Counted from the stretch's first letter, positions 31,446-41,567 are shown. The stretch is 64,000 nucleotides of DNA from an uncultured Bacillota bacterium (GCA_963804645.1 CAWDRG010000009.1:672001-736000), one strand, 5' to 3'. Made by a program: numbers and translations. The notes: generated by a model not told the origin, from the sequence alone.

Positions 31446-31838
31446 GCGTGCCCAGAGAACGGGACGCCATGAAAGGAGGTGGGTTTTCGGAACGAGGCGA
31501 TCTCGTGCAAGCTCGTGTTCGCCTACCGGTGGAAGTCCGGTCCGGGTAAGCGCCAGGGCGCCCGGTAGCAGGCTCCTGGTGCGAGGTGGAAACGCCTGGC
31601 ACTGAAGCGGAGCGTCGAAGGCCTGAAGTCGAGGAAGCGACCGCTCAGCCCGTAACATGACGTGAATCCTGCCGCCTCGTGAAGTTAACCCCGCAAGGGG
31701 ACCAGAGGGAGCCGAGTCGGGTAGTTCGCGACGAAGGCCATGGAAAGCGTGAAGCGCTTGGAGATGCAGCGCTGAAGGACCCTCCGGGGTATGGGGAGCG
31801 GGATGAGCGGAAGGTGGACACGGGAACTGGGGACACCC
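31446..31838 (+). mobile_element. Group II intron 5' fragment (domain I only, no RT ORF)
   Basis: GCGTG-CCC...GGG 5' end; GGTGGAAGTCCGGTCCGGGTAAG, CCGGTAGC, GAAGCG, GAGCCGAG, GAAGGC, GGGGTATGGGGAGCGG and GGAACTGGGGACACCC motifs in typical domain I order. Confidence 0.7.
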
Positions 31839-32487
31839 GCCCCCCGGGTGACGGACCGTTTCCGGCCGTTGTACTTCTCCCCGGCTGTGACGGGAGCTTC
31901 GACACGATCAACGAACACTACTTGGCGCTCTTTCAGCAACAAGGGTACGTCGTACTCGCGCTTGATGTGCACGGGTCGAGACACGTCTGCCCAAACTTGT
32001 CGGCGCTTCCTTCCTTTACCGTAGCGAAAGACGCGATCGGCGCGCACGTCTATCTGCGTTCGCTCCCCTATGTTGACGCGAACCGTATCGCGGTCGTGGG
32101 ATGGAGCCTGGGAGGCGAAGCCGCCTCGTCCGCGGGCAACAAGGGATCGATCGTCGGCGCGCTCACTGAGTGGTGCCGGCTGCCTTCGCGTTCTATCCGG
32201 ATTGCGAGTATCTTCTGCATTACGCGAAAGATGCTCGCGTCCCCACGCTCATCCTGATTGGGCAGGCGGACGACTGGGATTCGCCTAGCGAGTGCCAGGA
32301 CGCCGCGCAGGCCTCGCAGCAGAACGGGCAGCCGGTCACGATCCAGACGTTCCCCGGAGCGCCTCACGCGTTCGACGTGGCTCCGAAACCGATTGTGTAT
32401 CTGGGGCACAAGGAGGCGTACGATGCGGCGGCAGCAGCAGTGGCCCAGAGCGCGCTGCTGAGTTTTCTCGGGGACAATTTCAAATAG
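31839..32487 (+). pseudogene. Dienelactone hydrolase family, 5'-truncated and frameshifted
   Basis: GPFPAVVLLPGCDG, GWSLGG; second frame AFYPDC, PTLILIGQADDW, GAPHAFD. Confidence 0.8.
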
Positions 32488-32531
32488 CACGGCTATTTCA
32501 CCACCCAGGTCCTAGCGGCGGCGGTGGGGCC

Positions 32532-32645
32532 GGCAACTGCCCCGGGGGTTCAAATCCATCACCCTCCGCCAATGATCCAGGAACCACGTGGGCTGCGCAC
32601 GCCGTGTCCGACTCGAACCGCACCCCAGAATATTAGCCGCCGTGT
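32532..32645 (+). repeat. Degenerate tRNA-Ser 3'-half plus flank, copy C
   Basis: GGCAACTGCCCCGGGGGTTCAAATCCATCACCCTCCGCCA, then a decayed hairpin and GCGCAC...GTCCGACTCGAACCGC. Confidence 0.8.
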
Positions 32646-32684
32646 GATCTCGGGTGAGAATGCAGTGGCTGGCTTCTTTGGGGG

Positions 32685-32850
32685 GTGTTCGTCGTGCACC
32701 GATTCGAACTACAGGTTCTGCGGCGCCCAACGCGCAATGACGTCGCGGACCTGGACGATCAGATTGCGGCGTTCAACTGCGACGCAACCAACGCCCCGGG
32801 ACGACCTGGAACTCGGCATCTTCGTCCGCGGCGGCGATGGCAGCCTCAAT
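32685..32850 (+). pseudogene. Possible GNAT acetyltransferase N-terminal remnant
   Basis: LDDQIAAFN...(frameshift)...ELGIFVR. Confidence 0.3.
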
Positions 32851-33367
32851 GTCGACGGCGAACCTACTTCGTGAAAATCGCGTTCCCATCAACGACCGTC
32901 ACGAGCCGCCACCCCTGGGCGCTGAGTGCATTGAGATTGGATGCTGCGGCTGCGCACCTGGATGCGGCGAAATTTAATTGAGCGTTCACGTTGCTCGCCC
33001 GGCCCTGGGTGCGGAGGCTGCTTGGACACCCGTGATTTGACCCAGGGTGAACACGGTGTATTGAATGGACGTCGCGGCGTACGAGGCCGAGTGAGGCGTT
33101 CCGATGAGGAACCCAGCCCGAAGACGGCAAGAACAAATCCTAACAGTGTGCTCCGCACCAAATCACCCCCGGCCTCTGGACGGCACTCGCTTCGGACGGC
33201 TCTGGGCGCCCCTCGCTCGTGCCGTTTCGTCGGGACGATGTTGTTGAGGCCTTACATTGTGGGCGCAACTCTTAATCGTAATAATTGAGTCCACGCGCAG
33301 GGACCGGCTGCAGACACCGCAAATAAGCGGTTGAAACGAACACACAATGTGCAAAGAGGTGTGGATC

Positions 33368-33706
33368 ATGCGATTTCTTGTGACCGCGGAATACGTCGAA
33401 GTGGGCGCGTTGCTGCCGCCGGAGGCGATCGGCCCGCTGGCGCAGCACGTTATTCTCCCGAGTCTCGAAATGTTGGCGAAGTGGGAGCAGGACGGCAAGA
33501 TCCGTGGCGGCGTGCATGCCGGAGAGCGATCCGGCGCCTTCATTGTCGACGCCGCGTCCAACGAGGAAGTTGGAACGCTCCTCGCGAGCCTGCCATTTTG
33601 GGGGCTGGTGAAGTGGGACGTGACCCCGCTGCAGTCCTGGGCGTCCACCGTCGAGCGAGACCGAGGCGCCTTTCAAAGGGCCGCGTCCGGCGTCCCCAAG
33701 CGCTGA
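33368..33706 (+). CDS. Muconolactone isomerase/YciI-like dimeric alpha-beta barrel protein
   Basis: GAGGTG RBS; MRFLV, GAFIVDAASNEEV, LASLPFW, VTPL. Confidence 0.75.
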   Translation: MRFLVTAEYVEVGALLPPEAIGPLAQHVILPSLEMLAKWEQDGKIRGGVHAGERSGAFIVDAASNEEVGTLLASLPFWGLVKWDVTPLQSWASTVERDRGAFQRAASGVPKR

Positions 33707-33953
33707 CTCGGCTGTGTGAGATGAGCTCCGACCCCGTGCCGGGGCGCCCGTTGGCCCCCGGCGCGGGGGGCAGCGTGGCCAATAGGCCGGCAGGTCCCCT
33801 CGACGAACCCGTTCGGTTCCGCGGACTTTGAGAATCATGAGATCTTCATAGACTCTTGGCGAGTTCTTCTCCCGGCTGCGGGACCCTCAGAAGTGTCAGA
33901 ACCTTGCGGCCCGCGACGGCACGGGCACGCAGGGTAGATCCGAGCCTCTGGGG

Positions 33954-34250
33954 TTGATGGTCGTGCTGCGGGCACTGGCAAACGGTCGGGTGGCTCGGTT
34001 CGTGGTCTTGAGTGCGGCGTTTGTCGCGTTGAGCGGACTTCCGGCGTATGCCCAATCGGGCGGACACTACCGGCACAACCAGAGCAGCGAGTCGTGCCAG
34101 GCCGGCCGCTGGCAGCAGGCCAACACGTGTCGGGGTCAGCCTCAGCAGTATCGGGGGCCCGAGTATCAGGCGCCCGCGCAGCCTCAGCCGGATCGGGGCG
34201 GGCCCGCGCAGTCTCCCGCGCGTATTCCAGACGATGGAAGCAGCAAGTAG
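33954..34250 (+). CDS. Small secreted hypothetical protein
   Basis: Signal peptide ending AYA, then a Gln/Pro-rich chain with two Cys. Confidence 0.5.
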   Translation: MMVVLRALANGRVARFVVLSAAFVALSGLPAYAQSGGHYRHNQSSESCQAGRWQQANTCRGQPQQYRGPEYQAPAQPQPDRGGPAQSPARIPDDGSSK

Positions 34251-35157
34251 GCGCGCGAACAGGCCTACGGCTCACGCTGAATGAGACGCGGTTTCGCGGA
34301 CTCCCTCCCGGGCCGGGTACCCTGGAGGGAGTCCGTTTCCGTCCGCGCCGCGGCGGCGGGACCGATGCTCGGAGTATCGCCCCAGGAGAACACGAGCTGG
34401 TCGGTCCCGGCGACGTGATAAATCGTCACGAGACGGCCGCCCACGCAGCGCTCGCCCGCCTTCGTCATCGCGCACTTCTCGCTCGCAGGGCCCAAGAACT
34501 TCAGCAGTGCTGCTGACACTTCCCGTATTGATTCCAGAGCGCCGAATTCGAGAGACACTGCGGCTGCTGTGGAAATGCCGCGGCCACCGCATTGTAAACG
34601 GCATAACTGGGCGGCTCGCGGCGAGGACCCCGAACGAGCGCGTCCCCAAGGGGTCCGCCCGCAAAGCGGCACGAAGAAAGTCATCACGAGCGAGCGCATG
34701 TTCATCCACTTCCGCAGGGTCGCCGCGCCGTGTTCGACGCAGGGTGCCGCCGGCCAGCCCGGCCTTGATTCGCGCCCGGTCCGGCCTTTCGTGCGGGGCG
34801 GGTTTGGTCCTTCACTCTAAAACGTCGCGCCGCACGCGGCGACGGGCCCGAATGCACCGGCTCCTGGCGCCGACGCCCGCGGCACCGTGTCCCTTCGTGT
34901 TTGCTGAGTCGCCGGACTTGTCGATCGAACTGGCCGCGGGGTCCCGCCAGTCCGAATGGCGGCCGATCACGCGTGGTGGTTCAATCGTCAGGCCGGCAGT
35001 TCGAGGGGTTCCACGGTGCGGGGCGAAACATGGGGAATCTTGCGGGATTGGAGCGCCGCGCGGCGGCAAGGTGTGCGCCGTTCGTCTCCCCGCCGGCGGA
35101 GGGGATCCCGACGACGACGATCCCCTCCGGATCGGCTCATTCTATGATGGAGCGTGT

Positions 35158-35736
35158 ATGCCGGAACGTGCGTTCCGCATCTTGGGCATCCCGGGCAGCC
35201 TGAGGCGGTTTTCGTGGAATCGCGGGCTGCTCGTGGCGGCGCGAGAGGGCGCTCCCTCAGGAATCGAAATCCACATCGCCGATCTCTCCCCGATTCCACT
35301 GTTCAACGAGGATGTGGAGGCCGCCGGGGCGCCGCCGGCGGTCGAGGCGTTTCGGCAGGAGATCCGCGCGGCCGATGCGCTGCTGATCGCGGTGCCGGAA
35401 TACAACTATTCAATGCCGGGCGTGCTCAAGAATGCGATCGACTGGGCGGCCCGGCCTTCGCGAGAGAGTGCGCTGCGCCGTAAACCCGCGGCGCTCATGG
35501 GGGCGGGCGGCGCGAGCGGCACGGTGCGCTCCCAGCTCGCTCTTCGACAGGTGTTCGTGTTTACCGAGACCTACGTGCTGCCGAAACCGGAGCTGTACGT
35601 GCGGAACGCCGCCGCCAGTTTCGACGCCGAGGGCCGGTTGACCGACGCCCACGTGCGCGACCAACTGCCGCCGCTGCTGGCCGCGCTCGTCAAGTGGACG
35701 CGGGCGGTCGCCCACATGAGCGACGACGCGCGCTGA
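35158..35736 (+). CDS. NADPH-dependent FMN reductase (ChrR-like)
   Basis: GSLRRFSWN, PEYNYSMPGVLKNAIDW. Confidence 0.92.
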   Translation: MPERAFRILGIPGSLRRFSWNRGLLVAAREGAPSGIEIHIADLSPIPLFNEDVEAAGAPPAVEAFRQEIRAADALLIAVPEYNYSMPGVLKNAIDWAARPSRESALRRKPAALMGAGGASGTVRSQLALRQVFVFTETYVLPKPELYVRNAAASFDAEGRLTDAHVRDQLPPLLAALVKWTRAVAHMSDDAR

Positions 35737-35801
35737 CCCTGTAGGAGCGCCGCGGTCCCGCCGTGGCGCGGCGCCGCGGAGATACGGCGAGCGGCGTCGC
35801 G

Positions 35802-36266
35802 CTATCCCGGCGGCGGGGCGGGTGTCAGCCCGTGACGGCGCATGATCTCGACCATCTTTGCCCGATCGGGCGGACCCCCGGCCGCGGAGACCATCACCGC
35901 CGTCATCTCGCGAAAGTACTCGGGGCCGAGCACGCCGGGACTGATCACGCAGAGCTGCTTGACGTCCTCGGAGCCGCGATTGTCGAATCGATGGACCGCG
36001 CCGCGGGGGATGCACAGCGACTGTCCCGGCGCGACGTCAAACGGTGCGCCGTCGACCGTCCAGGTCAAGACGCCGGTGAGGCCATAGACCGTTTCTTCGT
36101 ACCGGTCATGACTGTGCGCCGGCGCGGTCAACCGCTCTCCCGCCGGAACGGTCAATTCGAAGAGCGCCGCGCTGCCGTTTGAGTCGGCGCCGGTGACCAA
36201 GAAGCGAATCCCCAACGGGCCGGCCTGGATCATTTCATCCGAGGCATTCACCCGGAGCGATGTCAT
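35802..36266 (-). CDS. Cupin domain protein
   Basis: HSHDRYEE and PRGAVHRF. Confidence 0.88.
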   Translation of the reverse strand: MTSLRVNASDEMIQAGPLGIRFLVTGADSNGSAALFELTVPAGERLTAPAHSHDRYEETVYGLTGVLTWTVDGAPFDVAPGQSLCIPRGAVHRFDNRGSEDVKQLCVISPGVLGPEYFREMTAVMVSAAGGPPDRAKMVEIMRRHGLTPAPPPG

Positions 36267-36477
36267 GCGAGCCCCCTTCTCGGCGCGGCCGCGGAGTCTC
36301 TCTGTAGCGCGGGGTGGAGATTCATCGGCACCGAATCGCGATCCTCCGACGCCGGGCGGCGGTCCGTCCGCCATGCCCGGCGTCGGCGAGCCCGGCTGCT
36401 CAACTCAAACCTGCCCTACTGCTCAGCATTTTCTTGACGCGTTCGACCCACCCGCGTATAGTCAAAATCAAACTTCA

Positions 36478-36678
36478 TACCGTGCTGGGTGGGTGCCCCC
36501 GGTTCGCCGGGGGTAAAAGGGAAGTCCGGTGCGCGGTCCGCGGGTACGACGCCCGCGGGTGCCGCAACGCCGGCGCGGTCCCGCCACTGTAACGGGGAGC
36601 TGTTCCGCAGCGCCACTGGTCATCTGGGAAGGCGCGGAGCGGCGATGATCCGGAGCCAGGAAACCTGCCCGTCCAGCT
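36478..36678 (+). promoter_or_regulatory. Cobalamin riboswitch
   Basis: GGTGC...AAAAGGGAAGTCCGGTG...CCGGCGCGGTCCCGCCACTGTAA...GCCACTG...GGGAAGGC...GAGCCAGGAAACCTGCC (B12 box). Confidence 0.95.
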
Positions 36679-36801
36679 GCGTACGGCGACCTTCGGCCGA
36701 AAGGTAAGTACGCCCGCGGCGCACCGCCGCTTTTGGTCCCCGTGCCTCGATCGTTGGGGCCATTTTATTTTGGGGCGCGTGCCGCGAACGGGGGGATTGG
36801 G

Positions 36802-38643
36802 ATGCGGTACCGCAGTGCACGTGTCTCCGTGTGCGTGTGCGCGTTCGTGGTCTGCCTCAACGGTGTCGCGGCCACCTCCGCTCGCGCGCAGGAGGCGCCG
36901 CCCGGTCCTCCGACGTTCGAACTCCCGGAGATCGACGTCGCGGGGCAGCGCCCGCAACTGCCGTCGACGACACCGGCGGCCGTCAGCGTCATTACCTCGG
37001 ACGAGATCGCCTCGATGGGAGCGCTGACCGTCGGCGACGTACTGCGCGTGCTGCCCGAACTGACAATCAAGTCGAGTGGGGGGCCGGGCTCGCTGACCAC
37101 CGTGAGCATTCGGGGATCGTCGTCGACGCAGGTGCTGATTCTCATCGACGGCGTCCCGATCAATCGTCCGGATCAGCCGTCGGTGGACCTCAGCTCGCTT
37201 CCCATCCAAGACGTGGACCACGTCGAGGTGCTGCGCGGCCCGTTCTCGGGGCAGTATGGCAGCAACACGCTGGGCGGCGTGATCAATATCGTGACCAAAT
37301 CGGCCCCGGAGACCACGGCCTCGGCGCGCGGCGGTTCCTACGGCGCGAACGCCGGCATCCTGTCGTACGGTGGGAAGACCGGCAACCTGACGTACCTTCT
37401 GCAGGGGATCTCGAACGGCGACTCGGGGTTCACCACCGACACCGGCTACAACAAGACCACCGAGACGGCAAAGCTCCAATTGGCCACGAGCGCCACTTCC
37501 GGGTGGACGCTTTCGGTCAACCAGTATTCCGGCATGGTGGGCACCCCCGGGCCGCTGCCGGTCGCGACGCAGGACCCGCTGGCGAACACGGTGGAGTCGC
37601 GGACGCTCGCGGATCTGACGTGGCAGAGCGGGCAGCCCGACGGGCCGGGAACGATGTTTCGCCTCTACAGCCTCGACGACGGGGTGGGGTTCAACTCGCC
37701 GGGGATCGCGTACCAATCGTTCGACGAGGCCGATCTGTGGGGGGCGCAGGCGCAGGCGGTGCTGGCGGCGGGCCACAACAACCTGGTCACGCTCGGTGCG
37801 CAGTTCCAGGGACAGAGCGTCGCGCACACCGACAACGCTCCCACGGAGTTCAACGACGTCGGCAACGACCTCGGTCTGTACATCGAGGACAACTGGCAGA
37901 TCGGATCGGCGGCGTTGATCACGGTCGGCCTGCGGGACGACATCTTTCAGCTGTACGGCACGCAGGCGGATCCCTGGGGCGGCGTGGTCATCCTTCTCAG
38001 CGACCGGGCGTCGCTGCGATTCGCGGCCGGCCGGTCGTTTCGGGCGCCGAGCTTCGATGAGGTGGCGCCCGCGTTCAATGGAAACCCCAATCTCCAGCCC
38101 GAGATCGCGTGGCAGTACGAGATGGGCTTCGATTATACGCTCTCGCCCAATCTGGCCGTACACCTCAGCGGGTATTACACGAACGCGGTCAACTTGATCA
38201 CGTCCGTGCCGCCCCTGTTTGTCCCCCAGAACGTCGGTCATGCGATCGTGACCGGCGGATCGATCGAGGTCGTGGGCCGGGTCACCGACCGCCTGTTCTT
38301 GCGCGCGAACTACACGGATCAGATCGCGACCGACGAGTCCACCGGGCTCAACGTGATCTACGTGCCGAAGCAGATGGCGAACTTCGAGGTGATCTACAGC
38401 CTGTCCCAGGCGACCCGCGTCGACGTCACGGTGAGCTACGTGGGGGACCAGTTCAACGACCCGGCAAACACGCAGCTGGTGCCCGGGTATTGGCTGACGT
38501 CGCTGACGGTCAATCAGGCACTCGCCGCTGGCTGGGGGCTGCAGGTCGGGATCGCCAACGTGTTCGATGTGCCGTATCAGGCGACGCTGAACTATCCCGA
38601 GCCCGGCAGGACCTTCTTCGCCACGGTGACAAAGAGTTTCTAA
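36802..38643 (+). CDS. btuB: TonB-dependent receptor, vitamin B12 (BtuB-like)
   Basis: Signal peptide, plug (IRG, LIDG, VEVLRGP, GGVINIVTK), FRAPSF, NPNLQPE, C-terminal Phe; downstream of a B12 riboswitch. Confidence 0.9.
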   Translation: MRYRSARVSVCVCAFVVCLNGVAATSARAQEAPPGPPTFELPEIDVAGQRPQLPSTTPAAVSVITSDEIASMGALTVGDVLRVLPELTIKSSGGPGSLTTVSIRGSSSTQVLILIDGVPINRPDQPSVDLSSLPIQDVDHVEVLRGPFSGQYGSNTLGGVINIVTKSAPETTASARGGSYGANAGILSYGGKTGNLTYLLQGISNGDSGFTTDTGYNKTTETAKLQLATSATSGWTLSVNQYSGMVGTPGPLPVATQDPLANTVESRTLADLTWQSGQPDGPGTMFRLYSLDDGVGFNSPGIAYQSFDEADLWGAQAQAVLAAGHNNLVTLGAQFQGQSVAHTDNAPTEFNDVGNDLGLYIEDNWQIGSAALITVGLRDDIFQLYGTQADPWGGVVILLSDRASLRFAAGRSFRAPSFDEVAPAFNGNPNLQPEIAWQYEMGFDYTLSPNLAVHLSGYYTNAVNLITSVPPLFVPQNVGHAIVTGGSIEVVGRVTDRLFLRANYTDQIATDESTGLNVIYVPKQMANFEVIYSLSQATRVDVTVSYVGDQFNDPANTQLVPGYWLTSLTVNQALAAGWGLQVGIANVFDVPYQATLNYPEPGRTFFATVTKSF

Positions 38644-38662
38644 CGGCGATTCGGAGCGGAGC

Positions 38663-39541
38663 GTGGCGGTGCGCGTAGTTCGGCTGCTCGTGATAGGATT
38701 GGCCGCTGCGGTGGCCCTCGGCGGCGCCGCGATGCTGTGGCGCCATCAGGCGGCTCCGGTCCCGCCGTCAGGGACACGCGTGCCCGCCGGCCTGTCCGGT
38801 CCGACCGCGCAGCAGGAGGGCGATGTGCTTTCCCAAGGGGCGCCGTCCGCCTCGCTTCCGGCGCCGCGGGTGCCGCGAGCCGCACCGCGCCCGGTCGTTC
38901 CCTCAACCGAGACGCCCGGCCCCGTTCCCCGGCCGCCGCGCGATGCGGCCGTGCCGCCCGACAGGGCGCGACTCGGCCAGGCTGCCCCGCCGCCGGCGGC
39001 ATCCCCACGCGACCGCGCGTCGCGTCCGGAGAGATCATCCGGCAGGTCGTCACCGGATGAGTCGGCCGCGTCGCAGGGATCGGCCGCGGCCGGGTCACCG
39101 CAGGCGCCCGCAGCGCCGCAGGGAGCCGCGGATGCCGCGGGCGGTGGAGCAGGCGGGACGACCGGGTCCGCGATCTCCGGCTCTGGTCCGCCGCTGGCCG
39201 CCGCGGCTCCGGCGCCCGTCCCTCCGGTCATCAGCCCGCCGCGCGTGCTGTCCACCGGGACCATGGAATATCCAGGAGATGCGCTTCAACTGACCCTCAA
39301 GCGTCAGGATCTGGGCGCCTCGCTCACGATCGTGGCGCCGGACGGTGTGGTGCGGCTTCGCGCGCTGGTGCTGGCCGACGGCAGCGTGCGCAGCGTGGAC
39401 GTGGTCGGGACGTCCGGCTCGAACACGCTGGACCGCTCGGCCGCGGACGCTGTGCGGCACTGGCAGTTTGCTCCGGCGACGCGGGATGGGACGCCGATCG
39501 ACGCGTACGTGACGCTGAGGATTCGCTACGTGGTTCGCTGA
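38663..39541 (+). CDS. tonB: Energy transducer TonB
   Basis: N-terminal TM, Pro/Ala-rich linker, YP, SGSNTLDRSAADAVRHWQFAPA. Confidence 0.88.
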   Translation: MAVRVVRLLVIGLAAAVALGGAAMLWRHQAAPVPPSGTRVPAGLSGPTAQQEGDVLSQGAPSASLPAPRVPRAAPRPVVPSTETPGPVPRPPRDAAVPPDRARLGQAAPPPAASPRDRASRPERSSGRSSPDESAASQGSAAAGSPQAPAAPQGAADAAGGGAGGTTGSAISGSGPPLAAAAPAPVPPVISPPRVLSTGTMEYPGDALQLTLKRQDLGASLTIVAPDGVVRLRALVLADGSVRSVDVVGTSGSNTLDRSAADAVRHWQFAPATRDGTPIDAYVTLRIRYVVR

Positions 39542-40074
39542 GCGGTTGCGGTCAGGGGACGGGCGAGGCGGGCGGCGGCGTCGTAGACGCCGAAAAATGC
39601 GAGCGAGTAGATGAGATCGCTCGCCACGGTGTTGCGGAAGAACGGGATCCCCGCGAGGTAGGACGCCCAGAGCCCGTTCAGGCCGTGCGGATACAGCGGT
39701 CCGAGCCACTCTCCGAAGTTCGTGACCAGGAAGAACAAGACCGACGCGGCGAGCGACGTGGCGATGATCCGAACCGGCGTCCGGCCGCGCCGCAGCGTGA
39801 GCCCCAGCAGCCCGATCAGAACGAAGCTGCCGTAGACCCACACGAACCCGGGATAAAAGCCGAGGACCGCGTCGGACAGGGCAAGCGCGGCGAGCGGCAC
39901 GACGAGTCCCATCCCCCGCGGCAGCACCGCCCCGCCGAACAGAGCCATGGCGCCGATCGGCGCGAAGTTCCACGGGTGCGGCACGACGCGCAGCACGGCC
40001 CCGATCCCGATCAGCGCGTACGGGATCGCGTCGAACCAGCCAGCGTCGTGGGCCCGGGGGCGTTCGCTCCTCAC
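39526..40074 (-). CDS. DUF6580 / BtuM-like solitary S-component membrane protein
   Basis: HPWNFAPIGAMALFGG, FFLVTNF, YLAGIPFFRN; start uncertain. Confidence 0.75.
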   Translation of the reverse strand: MRSERPRAHDAGWFDAIPYALIGIGAVLRVVPHPWNFAPIGAMALFGGAVLPRGMGLVVPLAALALSDAVLGFYPGFVWVYGSFVLIGLLGLTLRRGRTPVRIIATSLAASVLFFLVTNFGEWLGPLYPHGLNGLWASYLAGIPFFRNTVASDLIYSLAFFGVYDAAARLARPLTATAQRTT

Positions 40075-40181
40075 AACCGCGACCGTTCTCCGGGAGACGC
40101 GGAGATCCCTTGTGGGGATGGGCCCACGGGCCGTGCTCGGCGGGGCAGGAAGGCGCCGCGTTCGGGACAAACTCGTACCGC

Positions 40182-41177
40182 GTGCCGTTTATCTGCGTGG
40201 TCACGGATCACGACTATCTGACGTTCGAGCCCGAGGAGCGCGTACTGCGCCCCGTCGGCGTCGAGCTCGTGGTGGCGGGCCGAGAGCGCGCCGCGCTGCG
40301 CAAGGCGTTTGCCACGGCAGACGCGTTGCTGAGCCAGTACATCCCGATCGATGCCGAGACCGTCAAGATGTTGCCCCGGTGTCTCGTGATCGTGAGGTAC
40401 GGCGTGGGTTTTGACGCCGTCGATCTCGCGGCCGCGACGGAGGCTGGGATCTGCGTCTGCAACGTGCCCGACTACGGGACGCAAGAGGTCGCCCTCCACG
40501 CGATCACCCTGCTGCTGGGGGTGCACCGAAGGATCGCGCAGTACGACGCAGCCTTGCGGCAAGGTCGATGGCTGGCCGGTCCGGAGGTCGTCCCACCGAT
40601 CCACCGCCTGTCCGGGCGTACACTCGGCATCGTCGGGCTCGGCCGGATCGGCAAGGCCGTGGCTTCCTACGCGGCGCCGCTCGGCCTGCATCTGCTTGCG
40701 TACGATCCGTACATCACCAGAACCGCCGCCATCGAGGCGGGGGCGGTCCTGGTCGACTACGCGACGCTCTTGCGGCAGTCCGACTTCGTGACGTTCCACA
40801 CCCCATTGACCCCGGAAACCCGACACCTGCTGAGCGATGCGGAGCTGCGGCTGATGAAGCCGGACGCGCTGGTCGTCAACACCGCCCGCGGCGCGGTCAT
40901 CGAGACGGCGGCGCTCGCCAAGGCGCTGCGCGAGGGGCGTCTTGCTGGCGCGGGGATTGATGTGTTCGAGGGAGAACCGCTCGCGCAGAATCACCCGCTG
41001 CGGAGTACACCGAACACGCTGCTGACCCCGCACGTCGCCTGGTACAGCGAAGAGTCCCAGCAAGCGCTCAAGCGGATGGCCGCCGAGGAAGTCGCGCGGG
41101 TCGCGCGCGGCGAATGGCCGCGGTCCGTCGTTAACCCCGATGTACGCGCGAACGCGCGCCTCCAGGCCAAATCCTAG
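40182..41177 (+). CDS. D-isomer specific 2-hydroxyacid dehydrogenase (CtBP-like)
   Basis: RYGVGFD, NVPDYG, GLGRIG, NTARG, TPHVAWYS. Confidence 0.92.
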   Translation: MPFICVVTDHDYLTFEPEERVLRPVGVELVVAGRERAALRKAFATADALLSQYIPIDAETVKMLPRCLVIVRYGVGFDAVDLAAATEAGICVCNVPDYGTQEVALHAITLLLGVHRRIAQYDAALRQGRWLAGPEVVPPIHRLSGRTLGIVGLGRIGKAVASYAAPLGLHLLAYDPYITRTAAIEAGAVLVDYATLLRQSDFVTFHTPLTPETRHLLSDAELRLMKPDALVVNTARGAVIETAALAKALREGRLAGAGIDVFEGEPLAQNHPLRSTPNTLLTPHVAWYSEESQQALKRMAAEEVARVARGEWPRSVVNPDVRANARLQAKS

Positions 41178-41567
41178 CGCCGCGGTGACCCCGATTCTGA
41201 AGTAAGGTGCTGCCCTGCCGATTGTTCACGGATCGTGGTGCGGTGGCGGCCGGGTCATGGATGTGACGAGCGGCCAGCCGCGTTCCTCCGGCCCGCAGGG
41301 ATTCGCTGATGCGGGTGACGCGGGGCAGCGATGATACACACGCCCCGGCCGTGGGGAACATATGTTATAGGCCCGCGGGCGCCGCGGGCTGTCCCACAGC
41401 CGGGAGCACTGACGGAGCCGGGGCGACACCCGGCTCCGACGTTTCCGTCCAGGCCGGACGGAGAGCCCGATCGCGATCCACGCTCCTGCCCGCCGGCCGG
41501 GCGTCCCCCTGCGGCGTCCGGAGGGGACATCGCGCATCATGCTACAATAGGTTCGAGGTGATCGTGT

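Noticed and set aside
24491..32571. Extra functional tRNA genes at 24.5, 26.0 and 32.5 kb
   Set aside because: They lack an intact 5' half and anticodon arm and have mismatched T and acceptor stems; treated as repeats.
34265..34709. Two overlapping minus-strand ORFs that may be one frameshifted gene
   Set aside because: No recognisable motif, so no call can be supported.
23774..36400. Prophage or classical integron in the tRNA-Ser island
   Set aside because: No integrase or phage structural genes, and no recognisable attC sites.
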